A model generated the notes under the pieces. That model was given only the letters and a program-made list of their open reading frames with translations, had not been told where the DNA came from and made no database searches. A DNA stretch of 62,340 nt, counting the filler. It is 8 parts of 8 records of this genome, joined end to end, with 100 filler letters (N's around TTAATTAATTAA, not from the genome) between each part and the next. Parts side by side here need not be neighbours in the genome. Positions count along the whole stretch, not along the records: positions 39,922 to 49,569 come from SRR31147125_25479; positions 49,670 to 55,597 come from SRR31147125_25480; 6 more parts are not named here. One strand, written 5' to 3'. Below are positions 40,421 to 52,262 of the stretch, in pieces. Both the position numbers and the translations under genes were made by a program. The stretch's first letter is position 1. Every line of letters starts with the position of its first letter.

Positions 40421-42623
40421 ATGCTCACGGGGAAGATTGTATACAGTTTGCCGCCCTTATTCACTGCTTTGCTGCTGGCTGCTATGGCGGCCGCCGCCGC
40501 TTTGCGCAGAAGGCGAGGCCGGGCGGATTCTGTTTTTGTGGCGCTGTGTCTGTTAGGTAGCCTGCTGTATGTCGAGATGCTGATCAATTTCAATGCGCCC
40601 TCGGCTCGGGTCGCATTGATCACCTGCCGTATCGGCCATATCTTTCATCCGTTTCTATTGCCGCTCTTTATCCATTTCTTCCACGCCTATCTGGGCATAT
40701 CGGGCCGGCAATGGATCGTTCGGTTTGCATATGGGTATGCCGCCGTTGTGGCGCTGTGCGCTTTTGGCGGAGATTGGGTCATAGCGGATGTCAGCCGATT
40801 TGCTTTTGGTTATTTTGGCCAGGGCGGTTCGCTTTTCTTTTGATGGGAGTGGGGGCCGTCTTTGCGACCCTTTATAATGTTTCCATTCTGATAAAGGCGA
40901 TTCGTCTTGAATCGCGCAGCATTCATAAAAACAAGCTTCGCTATCTCTTTATCGGCTTTGGCGTGCTGGGAATGTTGAGTACATTGAACTGTTTGACCCT
41001 TTTGGGCATACCCATCTATCCCCCCGGGGCGTTTGGTTTCATACCGTTGCTATTCTTTGCGGCTGGTTTTTTCGGTATGATCTGGCGGATGCGGGTGAGT
41101 TGTTGCGCAAGGGTGTGATCTGCACACTGTTGCTGCTGATGGTTACGGTGGCCTGCCTACTGGGTTTTTGGCTATTACAGGCCTCATTCGAAGAGATCCG
41201 TTTCAGTTCGACCGACCTTGCATTCTTTGCGATCCTAATTCCCGCAGCCCTGGTTGCCGGCCCGCAGATATGGAAGCTGCAGCAATACTTGGATCGTTTG
41301 TGGGCAGGGGCGTCATGCGACTACCAGATGACGCTCGAACGAGTGAGCCAAACCATTGCTACCGTACTTGACCGGAAGAAGATCACCCGGCTTATGCAAG
41401 AGACCATCGTCGATGCCATGCGGGTGAAACAGTGTGCGTTCTATCTCGCTGATCCGGCCGGCCGGATCTATCGGGCCATTGCGACGGCCGGTGAAGCGAC
41501 TGGCGGTTGGTACGATGCGGCCATCGACGAGGAGGCTCATCTGGTGGTTGCGATGAAGAGGGGCGCGCAACCGGTTTTGAAACAGAAGCTACTTGGAGCG
41601 TCCCGCGACGGCGGCCACAAAACTGTTCTAACGGAGATGGCCTGGCTGCAGGCGGAGGTGGTATTGCCCATGTGTTTCAAAGATCAATTGAAAGGGTTCC
41701 TGGTTCTGGGAGAAAAGCGTTCCGGAAGGACCTATTCGACCCGCGATATCGATTTGTTGGTACCGTTGTGCCATCAAAGTGCCGTGGCGATTCAAAATAC
41801 CCAGACTTACCAGGCACTCAGGGAGTTGAACGATACACTTGAGACACAGGTTGCCGTGCGTACGAAGGAACTCAAGGCCACCCTGGCGGAAAAGGAGCGC
41901 TCCCAGGAGCATCTGATCCGTTCCGAGAGTCTGGCGGCACTGGGGCAACTGGTGGCCGGCGTGGCCCACGAGATGAACAATCCCCTTGCCAGCGTCACCA
42001 GCCTGCTGCAGTCGATTGCCGAAGAGCTGGCTGAGTGGGATACGGGGCAGCCATTGGACGAGGATCTGCTGGACGATCTTCGTTTTGCCGACAAGGAGTT
42101 GGCGCGTGCCAAGTCCATCGTGGCCAGCTTGTTGGGGCTATCGCGGCAGACGCAGACCTATGAAGAGTCCGTGGATTTGAACATGGTGGTCCGTGATTCA
42201 CTGCGTGTGCTGCATAACCAGTATAAACACAGGCCGTTGAAGGTCCAAGAGACACTGGATATCGAGTTGCCATTGCTGCGGGGGAATTTTGCCAACTTGG
42301 GACAGGTGGCGTTGAATATTATTAAAAACGCGATCCAGGCGGTAGAGGACGATGGGGGAGAGGTCACTCTTGCAACTTCCTACGAGGCCGAGTCGGAGCA
42401 GGTGCTCTTCCGATGCCGTGACAACGGACCGGGAATTGCGCCGGATTCGCACCAGGATGTGTTCAAACCATTTTTCACCACCAAGCCCGTCGGACAGGGG
42501 ACCGGCTTGGGACTTTACGTCTGCCATCAGATTGTTCAACGCCATAAGGGGGGTATCGAGCTTGAGGCCGTGCAACCCAGCGGCACGCTGGTGACGGTGC
42601 GATTGCCGGTCGATCAGATGTGA
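40421..42623 (+). CDS. Membrane sensor histidine kinase (multi-TM, GAF, HisKA, HATPase); two T-run frameshifts near 40835-40841 and 41067-41072
   Basis: GFLVLGEKRSG (GAF), AGVAHEMNNPL, NIIKNAIQA, DNGPGI, PFFTTK..G.GTGLGL. Confidence 0.85.
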
Positions 42624-42709
42624 TGGGCCGGTGTGACGGGTTGACAATGTCCCGGTGTTGATAATAAAAAGAAAAGTTCTATTTTTATAGCTAAAAATAA
42701 GGAGCAGCA

Positions 42710-42958
42710 ATGCCGATATACGAATTTAAGTGTCTTAAATGTGAGACTTTCATGGAGATCCTGGTGATGGGCTCGGAGGATGACCAGGTGTCGATGAAAT
42801 GCAGCAAGTGTGGGGCCGAGGATCTGGAGCGGGTGATTAGCGCCACCAATTTCAGCATGCCCGCGGGGAGCGGCACCCAGCAGGGTCCATCAACCACCAA
42901 CCGTACCTGTTCCGGCGGATCGTGTACGACCTGGAGCCTGCCTGGTCACAGCAAATAG
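42710..42958 (+). CDS. FmdB-family zinc-ribbon protein
   Basis: MPIYEFKCLKC...CSKCG. Confidence 0.88.
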   Translation: MPIYEFKCLKCETFMEILVMGSEDDQVSMKCSKCGAEDLERVISATNFSMPAGSGTQQGPSTTNRTCSGGSCTTWSLPGHSK

Positions 42959-43012
42959 ATCGTTTTTTGCGGGCGCATATTCAGGCTGAGAAGCTGAAGG
43001 GGTTGTACGGCG

Positions 43013-43733
43013 ATGACGCAACAGGCTATCCATAAGCGGGAGCGAGAGCAGTTTGTCAAGCTGTTCAAGGATGACCGCATTGAGCGTTTTGAGGATCGGC
43101 TGGCGGTCCTGGAGGTTTTTCTGCGCACCGAGCACCATGTGACGCTGCCGGAACTGGCCGAGGCGGTGCGTGATAGCGGTTTCCATCTGGAAGATGACTT
43201 TGTCCGCGATACCATCGATCTGATGTGCCATTATGGCTTTGCCATGGCCAATCGCTTTGACAACGGCCAGATTCGTTATGAGCATCACCACCTGGGGCAG
43301 CATCACGACCACTTGATCTGCACCAAGTGTAAGAAGATTGTTGAATTTGAAAATGAAGAGATCGAGCGCCTTCAGCGTCAGATCGCTTCGAATTGCGGCT
43401 TTCCATATGCTGCAGCACAAGATGGAGTTGTATGGGATTTGCCGTGATTGCCTGGCCCATCGAGATGTGGTGCTTGCCTTGGATAGCGCACGCTCGGGTG
43501 AGCGGTTGAAGGTGGTGGCCTTCAACGGCGGTGCGCGTTTCAAGCTTCGGCTGCTGACCATGGGGTTGCGTATCGGCGACGAGATCGAGGTGATCACCAA
43601 TATCCATAGCGGCCAGGTTGTGATTGCGGTCGATTTCAACCGGCTGGTCCTGGGGCAGGGGCTGGCGAGCAAGATCATAGTGTCGCCGGTTACCGGCCAG
43701 TCCCAGCCAGCTACTTTGCGGGCCAAGTCTTGA
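43013..43733 (+). CDS. Fur-family regulator fused to a C-terminal FeoA domain; 1-nt insertion near 43400-43404
   Basis: HHDHLICTKC, then HKMELYGICRDC and RLLTMGLRIGDEIEV...LVLGQGLASKI in the next frame. Confidence 0.82.
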
Positions 43734-43767
43734 TGAGGGCGACGACTCTTTCAATGGAAATGGAGAT

Positions 43768-44214
43768 ATGAGCATATCCCGGATATCAGGCGTTTTTCTC
43801 CTTCTTACCTGCTTCATCATCACGGCTGGTGATGCGGTTGCTGCCGAGCGAATGGCCGCAAAGGGTGATATCGCCAACATCCGTTCGGGGCCTGGTACCA
43901 AACATGAACTGCTTTGGCAGATCGAGAAGTACCACCCGGTATTGGTTGTTGAGAAGAGAGGGGTGTGGTATCGGTTCAAGGATTTTGAAGGCGACGAGGG
44001 GTGGATCCACGCCTCCTTGCTGGATAAAACAAGTACGGTTATTGTTCGCGTTCGGCGCTGCAATGTTCGATCAGGGCCGAGTACCGACACCGAGATCGCG
44101 TTTACCGTAGACCGCGGTATTCCTTTCAAAGTGTTGCAGAAAAAGGGGCGCTGGTTTGAAGTGGAACATGCCGATGGCGATAAAGGATGGATCTTTGAGA
44201 CACTGGTTTGGTAA
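43768..44214 (+). CDS. Secreted tandem bacterial SH3 domain protein
   Basis: Signal peptide; two copies of NxRSGP...W...DGxxGWI-like motif. Confidence 0.88.
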   Translation: MSISRISGVFLLLTCFIITAGDAVAAERMAAKGDIANIRSGPGTKHELLWQIEKYHPVLVVEKRGVWYRFKDFEGDEGWIHASLLDKTSTVIVRVRRCNVRSGPSTDTEIAFTVDRGIPFKVLQKKGRWFEVEHADGDKGWIFETLVW

Positions 44215-44217
44215 AAA

Positions 44218-45221
44218 ATGAAAAGAATATACGATAGACTCAACCCCCAGCGGCAGAAGGTGACCGGCGTCGGATCGGCGCTGGTTGATATCTTGGCCCG
44301 GGAGGACGATGCATTTCTGGAGCGGTTGGGCGCCGGCAAAGGCGGCATGACCTATGTAGAGAAACATTTCATCGATCAGACGGTTCAGCAGGCGACTTCG
44401 CCACCTCTAATCGTACCGGGCGGCTCAGCCTGCAACACGGTGGTGGGGATCGGCCGTCTGGGCGGCCAGGCGCAATTTGTCGGCAAGTGCGGCAATGGCC
44501 CCATGGGCCGTTTTTTCCGTGACGATTTGGCCAAACAGGGGGTTGCCTCCTTCTTGCTCAATTCGGAATCCCCACCGGCCGGGTACTCTCCATCGTTTCC
44601 CCGGATGCCCAGCGATCGATGTTCACTTTTCTGGGCGCCTCAGCCGAAGCCCTGCCCGAGGAGATGACCACGGCGTGCTTCGATGATGCCGCCATCGTTC
44701 ATATCGAGGGGTATCTCCTGTTCAACCCCGATTTGATAAAGGCGGCATTGAAGGCTGCCCGCGATGCCGGCGCTTTGATCTCTCTCGATCTGGCCAGTTT
44801 CAACGTGGTCGAAGAGGCCGGGGAGATGTTGCCGGAGCTGATCTCCGAGTATGTGGACATCCTGTTGGCCAACGAGGATGAATCCTACGCATACACCGGC
44901 ACCAGGGATGAGCGCACGGCGGTGTCCAAGCTGGCAGCGGAGGTGGATTTGGCTGTGTTGAAGCTTGGTGCGCGGGGCAGTCTGATCGCAACGGATGGTG
45001 ATGTGTTACCCGTGCAGGCCCTGGGAAACGGTCAAGCCCTGGATACGACAGGTGCCGGTGACTTGTGGGCATCGGGGTTTCTGTATGGTCTGGTCAAGCG
45101 CATGCCGCTGGACCGATGTGGTAAGATTGGATCGATGTGCGGCTATGAGGTGTGCCAGGTCATGGGCGCAAACCTGCCCGAGGAGCGCTGGTCGGCAATT
45201 CGAAAAGAGATGGAGGCGTAA
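44218..45221 (+). CDS. PfkB-family (adenosine-kinase-like) kinase; frameshift in C4 at 44570-44573
   Basis: GSALVD, GGSACNT, ANEDE, DTTGAGD. Confidence 0.88.
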
Positions 45222-45910
45222 TGGCCAAGAAACGGCTCACACGTAAGGAGTTGGTAAAAAAACCGGATGAATTCATAACGTTAACAGGTACCGTGATCCA
45301 GTGGGCGCGGGGCAATGCCAAGGCGTTAACCTATGGCGCGGTTGCTTTTTTTGCACTGATCCTCCTGGTGGCGGCATACAGCTATTATAGTGAAAATCGC
45401 GAGCGCGCGGCTGCGGCGTTGTTGAGTCAAAGCATAACCGCCTATGAAGAAGCGCTGCGGGCGCAGAAAAGTCCGGCCGACGCCCTGGCGATGGTTCAAC
45501 CCGATTTGGAAGAGCTGGTTGCCACCTTTGGAAGTTATGATGCCGGTAAACTTGGGCGCCTCTTCTATGCCCACATCAGCCTTGCCGCGGCAATGCCGGA
45601 TCAGGCCATCGATTTATATAACATCTTGCTGGACGGTGTTATGGAGGGGGATGGTCTGGGCAACACCATTCTCAACGGATTGGCGATGGCCTATATGCAA
45701 AAAGGTGACCGTGCCGCCGCCATTGGCCATTTTGAGAAGGTGCTCGATGGTGCCAGTAATGTTTTCAAAGATTCCGCCCTCTTCAATCTGGGCCGTCTCT
45801 ATATGGATGAAGGGGATGCACAAAAGAGTTTAGATGCCTACAAACGGCTGAGTACCGATTTCCCCAACTCCATCTATGCCAATATCGCCCGGGAAAAGAG
45901 TGCCGGATAG
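45221..45910 (+). CDS. Membrane-anchored TPR protein (YfgM-like)
   Basis: ELVKKPDEF, single TM, TPR helices; ATG overlaps the upstream stop. Confidence 0.75.
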   Translation: MAKKRLTRKELVKKPDEFITLTGTVIQWARGNAKALTYGAVAFFALILLVAAYSYYSENRERAAAALLSQSITAYEEALRAQKSPADALAMVQPDLEELVATFGSYDAGKLGRLFYAHISLAAAMPDQAIDLYNILLDGVMEGDGLGNTILNGLAMAYMQKGDRAAAIGHFEKVLDGASNVFKDSALFNLGRLYMDEGDAQKSLDAYKRLSTDFPNSIYANIAREKSAG

Positions 45911-45970
45911 TTGATCTTCCCGTCACCGGATTTAGTATCGATCTGCTGGAGGGATGCCCACCCAGCTGAT

Positions 45971-47374
45971 TCATTGACTGTTGGTTTGAGTAAACGCCGA
46001 AACGTCGATCCCGTATTTTTTCAGTTTCTGATTCAATCCACTTTTACCGATCCCCAGCAGAGACGCGGCGTGGGTCTGGACATAGCCGGTCTGCCGGAGT
46101 GCCTGCAGGATCATCTGTTTTTCGACGTGGGCCAGGGTTTCATAGAGGGTGGCTTTGGGTGAGAGGTCGGAAATATTTAATTTGCTATTTTTATTTACAT
46201 TTTTCTTAAAGTCGGTAGGGAGGTCATCTACAGTGATGACATCTCCGGCGCACATCACCATGGCGCGTTCGATCACATTTTCCAGTTCGCGGACGTTGCC
46301 CGGCCAACTGTAGTCATAAAACAGGCGTTCCGCCCCTTTCTCTATTCTGGAAATCGGTTGCTCCTCCGGCCTCTCCTCTGCATATTTGGCCACAAAATGG
46401 TTGGTTAACGGCCGGATATCTTCCAGGCGGTCTCGCAGCGGCGGTAAAACGATATGGACGACATTGAGACGATAGAAGAGATCTTCGCGAAATCGTCCTT
46501 TGGCAATCTCATGCCTAAGAGATTTATTGGTCGCAGCGATGAGTCTGATGTCGACGGAAATGGGTCGAATGCCGCCCACCCGCTCGAAGGCTTTCTCTTG
46601 TAATACGCGCAGCAGTTTGACCTGCAGGGCGGGGGACAACTCGCCGATCTCATCCAGAAACAGGGTCCCCTGGTCGGCCAGCTCGAATCGCCCTTTCTTC
46701 ATTGATACGGCCCCGGTGAAGGCACCTTTTTCGTGCCCGAACAGTTCGCTCTCCAAAAGGCTCTCGGCCAGTGCAGAGCAGTTGACCGCCACAAAGGGCT
46801 GGTTTCGGCGCGGGCTGTTGAAGTGGATCGACTTGGCCACCAACTCCTTGCCGGTACCGCTTTGGCCCTCTATCAGCACTGTGGCTGTGGCAGGGGCCAC
46901 TTTGCGGATAGTTTCGAAGATATCCTGCATCCCTTTGCTTTTGCCGATCAGATTGCCGAAGCTGTATCGGTCCTCCACAGCACTGCGCAACAGCCGGTTT
47001 TCCTTGACCACGCGAAACATGGTTACGGCTTTATTGACGTAGAGGATGAGCTGCTCGTTGTCGAAGGGTTTGAGAATATAGCTGTAGGCCCCTTTCTGCA
47101 TTGCCTCGACTGCTTTTTCCACGGTTCCGTAGGCGGTCATCATGATGACCGGCAGCTCGGCATCGATGGTTTTAATCCGCTGCAGCAGTTCAATACCGTC
47201 CATCCGGGGCATCTTCATATCGGTCAACACCAGATCCACATCCGAGCGGTCCAGAACGGAAAGGGCCTCTTGCCCGCTGTTGGCTGTGAGGGTCTCGAAG
47301 CCCTCCTCCTCCAGCACCGCGCTGAGAACCAGCGGGTAGTTCTTTTCATCGTCTACGATGAGAATCGTCTCCAT
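45971..47374 (-). CDS. Sigma54-dependent response regulator (NtrC family)
   Basis: ILIVDDE, DMKMP, GQSGTGKE, ELFGHEKGAFTGA, WPGNVRELEN, C-terminal Fis-type HTH. Confidence 0.95.
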   Translation of the reverse strand: METILIVDDEKNYPLVLSAVLEEEGFETLTANSGQEALSVLDRSDVDLVLTDMKMPRMDGIELLQRIKTIDAELPVIMMTAYGTVEKAVEAMQKGAYSYILKPFDNEQLILYVNKAVTMFRVVKENRLLRSAVEDRYSFGNLIGKSKGMQDIFETIRKVAPATATVLIEGQSGTGKELVAKSIHFNSPRRNQPFVAVNCSALAESLLESELFGHEKGAFTGAVSMKKGRFELADQGTLFLDEIGELSPALQVKLLRVLQEKAFERVGGIRPISVDIRLIAATNKSLRHEIAKGRFREDLFYRLNVVHIVLPPLRDRLEDIRPLTNHFVAKYAEERPEEQPISRIEKGAERLFYDYSWPGNVRELENVIERAMVMCAGDVITVDDLPTDFKKNVNKNSKLNISDLSPKATLYETLAHVEKQMILQALRQTGYVQTHAASLLGIGKSGLNQKLKKYGIDVSAFTQTNSQ

Positions 47375-47378
47375 GATG

Positions 47379-48832
47379 CTATTCCTCATCTATCGGCAGT
47401 CGGATAGAGACGCGGGCACCACCCTCTGCACGATTTTCGATCCGGACATTCCCCTGGTGGGCTTCGATAATGTTCTTGACGATACCGAGGCCCAACCCGG
47501 TCCCCTTATCCTTTGTCGTGAAAAAGGGGTCCCATATCTTTTCCATATCCTTATCCGTAATACCGTTGCCTTGATCCTCCACGGCGATCCAGACACTGTT
47601 GTTGGAGGATTTGGCTTTGACCGTGATGTCGCCGCCGTTGGGCATGGCCTGCATGGCGTTGATGAAAACGTTCAAAAAAGCCTGGTAGAGCATGTCCGTG
47701 TCGGCCATGATAATCGGAAGCCCATCTTCGAAAAAGGCATGGATTTTAAACCCTTCGGCTTTGGTATGGGTCTCCAGAAACCGAATGTTTTTATCGATCA
47801 CGTCTTCGATTCGGCAGGCAAAGCGATTGGGCTCCTTAGGCCGGGCGTAATTTAGAAAATCGGAGATAATATCGTTCAGACGCGTCGATTCCTCGATGAT
47901 GATCGTCGGGATCCTGGTCATGGGATCATCGGTCGCCATCTTTTTTTGCAGCAGTTCAGCCGAGCTGCTGATGATGCCCAGCGGGTTTCGGATCTCATGG
48001 GAAACGCCGGCCACCATCTCTCCCAATGAAGAGAGGTGTTTGGCGCGGCTGAGCTGCTCCTTGAGTTTGAGCTGCTCCTGGGCTCTTTTGTGGATGATGC
48101 CCTCACCCCGCTTTACCACCACCGTCATGATAAAAAAGAGAATCATCATCACGCCACTGACGGTGACAAGGGTCAAGATCTGGTAGCGGAAGATATCCTC
48201 GTAATCGTGCGACAGGTCCTGCACGATCTCCACAACGCCGAGCACCTCCCCTGAGACGGGGCTCAGCGGTTTCTCCATCCTCAAAGGTGCGAATGTGACG
48301 ATCCTTATCTCTTCGGGTACACCGAAAAAGAGCTCCCAGAAACTCCCTTTCTGGATCAGTCTTGATGTGGGTTTGCCGTCCAGTGCATTCTGATGGCTCG
48401 TTCCACCGAGATTTTCCAGCCCGATCAACTCCTTGGAGTAGCTGTAGGCAATGACGTCGCGAACACCATAGATGTTGACCGTGTCCACTTTGAAACTGTG
48501 CAGCGTACTGCGCACCACTCTATCCATGCGTTCATACTGGTCCTTGTGGCGCAATTCGATTTTTCTGTATTTAATCCCCACTGGAAGGATAAATTGCATG
48601 AACACTTGGTGGTTGAGGTTCTCGATCAGCAGGAGCGCATAGGCTTCGCTTTTAGAGAACTGCATGGTCCGTATCCAGTGGGTGTTGAGAATCGACAGAA
48701 CAATGGTGCCGAAGAAAATGAGGACCAGACTTGAGAAAGAAAATACTTCACCAGCCGAAAGGGCTTGGAGCGCTCGGCGAGGGGTGGTGTCTTGGTCGCT
48801 TTGATTTTTGGTCCGTTGACGAATGATTGCAT
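47379..48832 (-). CDS. Cognate sensor histidine kinase; frameshift near 48735-48745
   Basis: SHEIRNPL, NAMQAM, DQGNGI, PFFTTKDKGTGLGL; first TM lies upstream of the tracked ORF. Confidence 0.88.
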
Positions 48833-49475
48833 AGGGATCCGGTCAAGTGCTGCGCAATATAAACCGCGCAACGGGGTGTCATAAAAAACTACGAAGGCAC
48901 CTGATTATTGACGCTCTTCCGAAATTGTGTCCATTTGTTGACCTTCTACAGCCGAATTGCGTTGTTGTACGAAAATATACGCTTGTGACACCTATTTATA
49001 TATAATTGAGTCATCTCTGGTGTATCAAACCTCGATAATTAGCTCTATTTAACGTTTGTTATAAAATGGCCTAAAGTTTGCAGATTCCAAACCGATGTTT
49101 TGATTATACGGTAAGCCGACGCTTTAATTACTGACAACGGATTCTTTTGGTCGGCTCTTTCACAAGTTTCATCGTGATGGATAATGCGCTCCTTTTTTAA
49201 CGGAATTAACGTTACCCAAGCTCTGGAACCGAATACAATGCAACAAAAAGATATTAGCGCATCAGATCAAAGGGTACAATATATTGTTGTGTCAAAAAAT
49301 GTCACACAATATAGCTTAAATAAACTAAATTATATATAAATTATGCATAATTTCACTTGACAGTCATATTTGCTTCCATGAGGATAAGGATAACATCAAG
49401 AGATCGTTAAAGGAGATAGGTTTGGTCGATGGCCAATACACCAATTCTAAATTACGGGTAGGCAGACAATTGAAC

Positions 49476-49569
49476 ATGGCGAAGAATTCACTAAAAAAAA
49501 TTCGCGAATCTCTTTTGATGAGCAAATCCGAATTAGCCAGAGAAGCAAATGTGTCACCGATCACCATTA
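49476..49569 (+). CDS. XRE-family HTH protein, truncated
   Basis: NSLKKIRESLLMSKSELAREANVSPITI. Confidence 0.75.
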
Positions 49570-49669
49570 NNNNNNNNNNNNNNNNNNNNNNNNNNNNNNN
49601 NNNNNNNNNNNNNTTAATTAATTAANNNNNNNNNNNNNNNNNNNNNNNNNNNNNNNNNNNNNNNNNNNN

Positions 49670-49870
49670 GATGACGAGGATGACGAGGACGACGAGGACG
49701 AGGACGACGAACGACCTTGTAAGAACTGGGCGAGATTTGTGAATTTAGGTACAGCATTCTCCTTGCCCGCAGAGAGATGGGAGGGAATTGCCAAACGGGA
49801 CGAGGTGTGGACAGGAGTTGAAGTTTCGCAGGACTCAGATGGTTGTTCCAGTGCCATTGCGCATGTATAA
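49670..49870 (+). CDS. Possible last exon of a eukaryotic gene with an acidic tract
   Basis: Open frame DDEDDED...SAIAHV* from the contig edge; no family recognised. Confidence 0.3.
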   Translation, partial: DDEDDEDDEDEDDERPCKNWARFVNLGTAFSLPAERWEGIAKRDEVWTGVEVSQDSDGCSSAIAHV

Positions 49871-50599
49871 ACGTGTGTGTGGATGTGTGTGCACACGTAA
49901 GCGCGAGCACGCACAGCGAGGAAGAAGTGTGTGTGGAAAGAGGAGGGGAAATTCATAATTCAAAATTCAAATATTTGAACCGGCTGGGCGCGTACTCTCT
50001 CTTTCTCTTCCTCTCTCCCAAATCATCATTACGACCACGGAGACACTTGATTCTTTCCTCATCGGAATCCCCACGAGGAGAAGAGAGCAAGAAAGATATC
50101 CTGCTGTCACGTGACCGATCGAGAGGACACGTGGATTGATCTGGATGGATACGATCTACCCCTTCCCCACCTCCCCGCTTCCCCACTCCATCTCCGGTTC
50201 TCCATGGTGACGATGACACCCAGGAACACTAAGCGGGAAACACTGGTGACGTTCCATGCCTTACCCTCAACTGCCACCGCCTCTGCTACCGCCTCCGCTT
50301 CTTCTTCTTCTTCTTCCATTGTGACACGTCCCCGTCGTGATTCTGATCACTCTCAGACACCTACATCGATTCGAATGGAAGAAGAGACAACGAGTTCTGG
50401 TGGTCGTCTATCTCCTCTTGTGTTTGAGCCTCGTCCCCCACGTCCCAATCCCGACTCCTCTGTGTTAGTACCACGTTGGGGATCCAAGCCGCTACACCCT
50501 ACAGTGGTGTCCTCGTCCTTGTAACGTCACACGTGGATCACACGTTACGTGTGAAAAATGTCTAAAGTCATTTCTTTGTTGTTATCCTTTCCTTCTTCA

Positions 50600-52248
50600 A
50601 TGGAGGCGGGAGTGGAGTCTGCGGGACCGTCGTCTGCACAAGACAAAGGCCCTGGTGTGTGGGAAAGGAGAGAGACCAGTGACATTGTTTCACCCCCAGA
50701 CACACAGTGCAAGGTGAGGCGAGAACAAAGGCTCCTATTGTTCTGTTGGTGGTGGGCATGGCAGGAAGTGGAAAAACCACACTGCTCCAGGTGTTGTGGA
50801 ACGGAGGGCCGTCATCTCTCATCCCTTTCTCACTGACCCCAAGCGTCTTAACGCACACGTACACGAAAAACGCCTGCCATCATACGCCATCAACCTTGAC
50901 CCAGCCGTTCGCGACATCCCCTTTGGGTGTAACGTGGACATTCGCGACACAGTCAACTACAAAGAAGTCATGAAACAGTATCCATGGTTCTCGTCGATCC
51001 CTGGTTCCCCTTCATTCATCGGGCGGACAGATACAATCTGGGACCTAACGGTGGAATTCTCACAGCTGTGAACCTCTTTGCAACACGCTTTGATCAAGTC
51101 CTGACGCTTATTGAGAAGCGACAAGCAACAACAAAGTGCGTGTACAGTGGGATTGTGCTCCTGTGTGAGAATGGATGGGTCGATCAGGTATGTGCTGGTC
51201 GATACGCCCGGACAGATCGAAATTTTCACGTGGTCAGCGTCCGGTACGATCATCACGGAATCATTGGCCCAGGTAATCACGACCTTGGCGCGTGTGTGTG
51301 TACGTGAACTGATTGTGGGGTTGTAGTCGTGGCCTACTGTTCTTGTGTATGTGGTGGATACACCGCGCACGACCAGCCCTGTCACGTTCATGTCCAATAT
51401 GCTTCATGCATGCAGGTGGAGTGCCTTGCTCCCTTGTCCCTGTGTTTGATTGTGGAATTCTCCTTGTAGCATGCTCTACAAGACACGCCTTCCCTTTTTG
51501 CTTGTTTTCAACAAGACTGATGTTGTGTCCCACGAATTTGCTGTACAGTGGATGCGTGATTTTGAGGCATTTCAAGATGCACTAGCAAGTGAAAAGACGT
51601 ATGGGTAGGGGTGCGGATTCAACGCTGCCTGACGCCGTTCTCCAGATACTTATCCGATCTCATGCGCTCCATGAGTCTCGTTCTGGATGAGTTCTATGGT
51701 ACCCTAAAGGTGCGAGGAGGTGTGCTTTGGATCTGTTGTCTAAGGGAGGAGACTTCTGTTGTCGCAGAGTGTAGGTGTATCAGCGGTTACGGGGGCCGGG
51801 GTGGATGGTTTCTTTGAAGCAGTGGATCGTGCTGTGGACGAATACTACGTGTGCGTGGTACGGCCTGATGAATGCGTTCAGTCTTTCATTTCCTGGTCCA
51901 GTCACTATGTACAAGACCTCGAACGACGAAAGGCCAAGCGCGTACGTCTCTACAATGAATGGGATGCGTTTATCCACTCATTTTCCTGCCTCCAGGCAAG
52001 GGAAGAACAGGAAGCACAAGAGAGGGACATGGAACGATTACGCCATGATATACGTGCAGGCAAACGTTTTGAGAAAGACGGTGGAGAGGACGAGGACGGG
52101 GACGAGGACGAGGATGACTACAACGATGGCGTGGGAGAAGGTGTGTGTCCTCTCCCTTTCGTACACCTACTCATGTATCTCAGAGGAGGAAGAAGACAGA
52201 AGGGAGTATCTTGCCTTCAAGGCGATGCTGGATCGTTCCGCTCCCTAA
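50600..52248 (+). CDS. GPN1: Eukaryotic GPN-loop GTPase 1, 12 exons
   Basis: Manual GT-AG splicing gives [53 protein letters not shown] and an acidic tail. Confidence 0.93.
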
Positions 52249-52262
52249 ACACATATACATTT

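Noticed and set aside
43065-44348. 427-aa antisense ORF and similar overlapping ORFs in the GC-rich contig
   Set aside because: Shadow frames opposite well-supported genes, with no motifs
50111-50524. Ser/Thr/Pro-rich ORF upstream of GPN1
   Set aside because: Low complexity with no recognisable domain; cannot be supported as a gene
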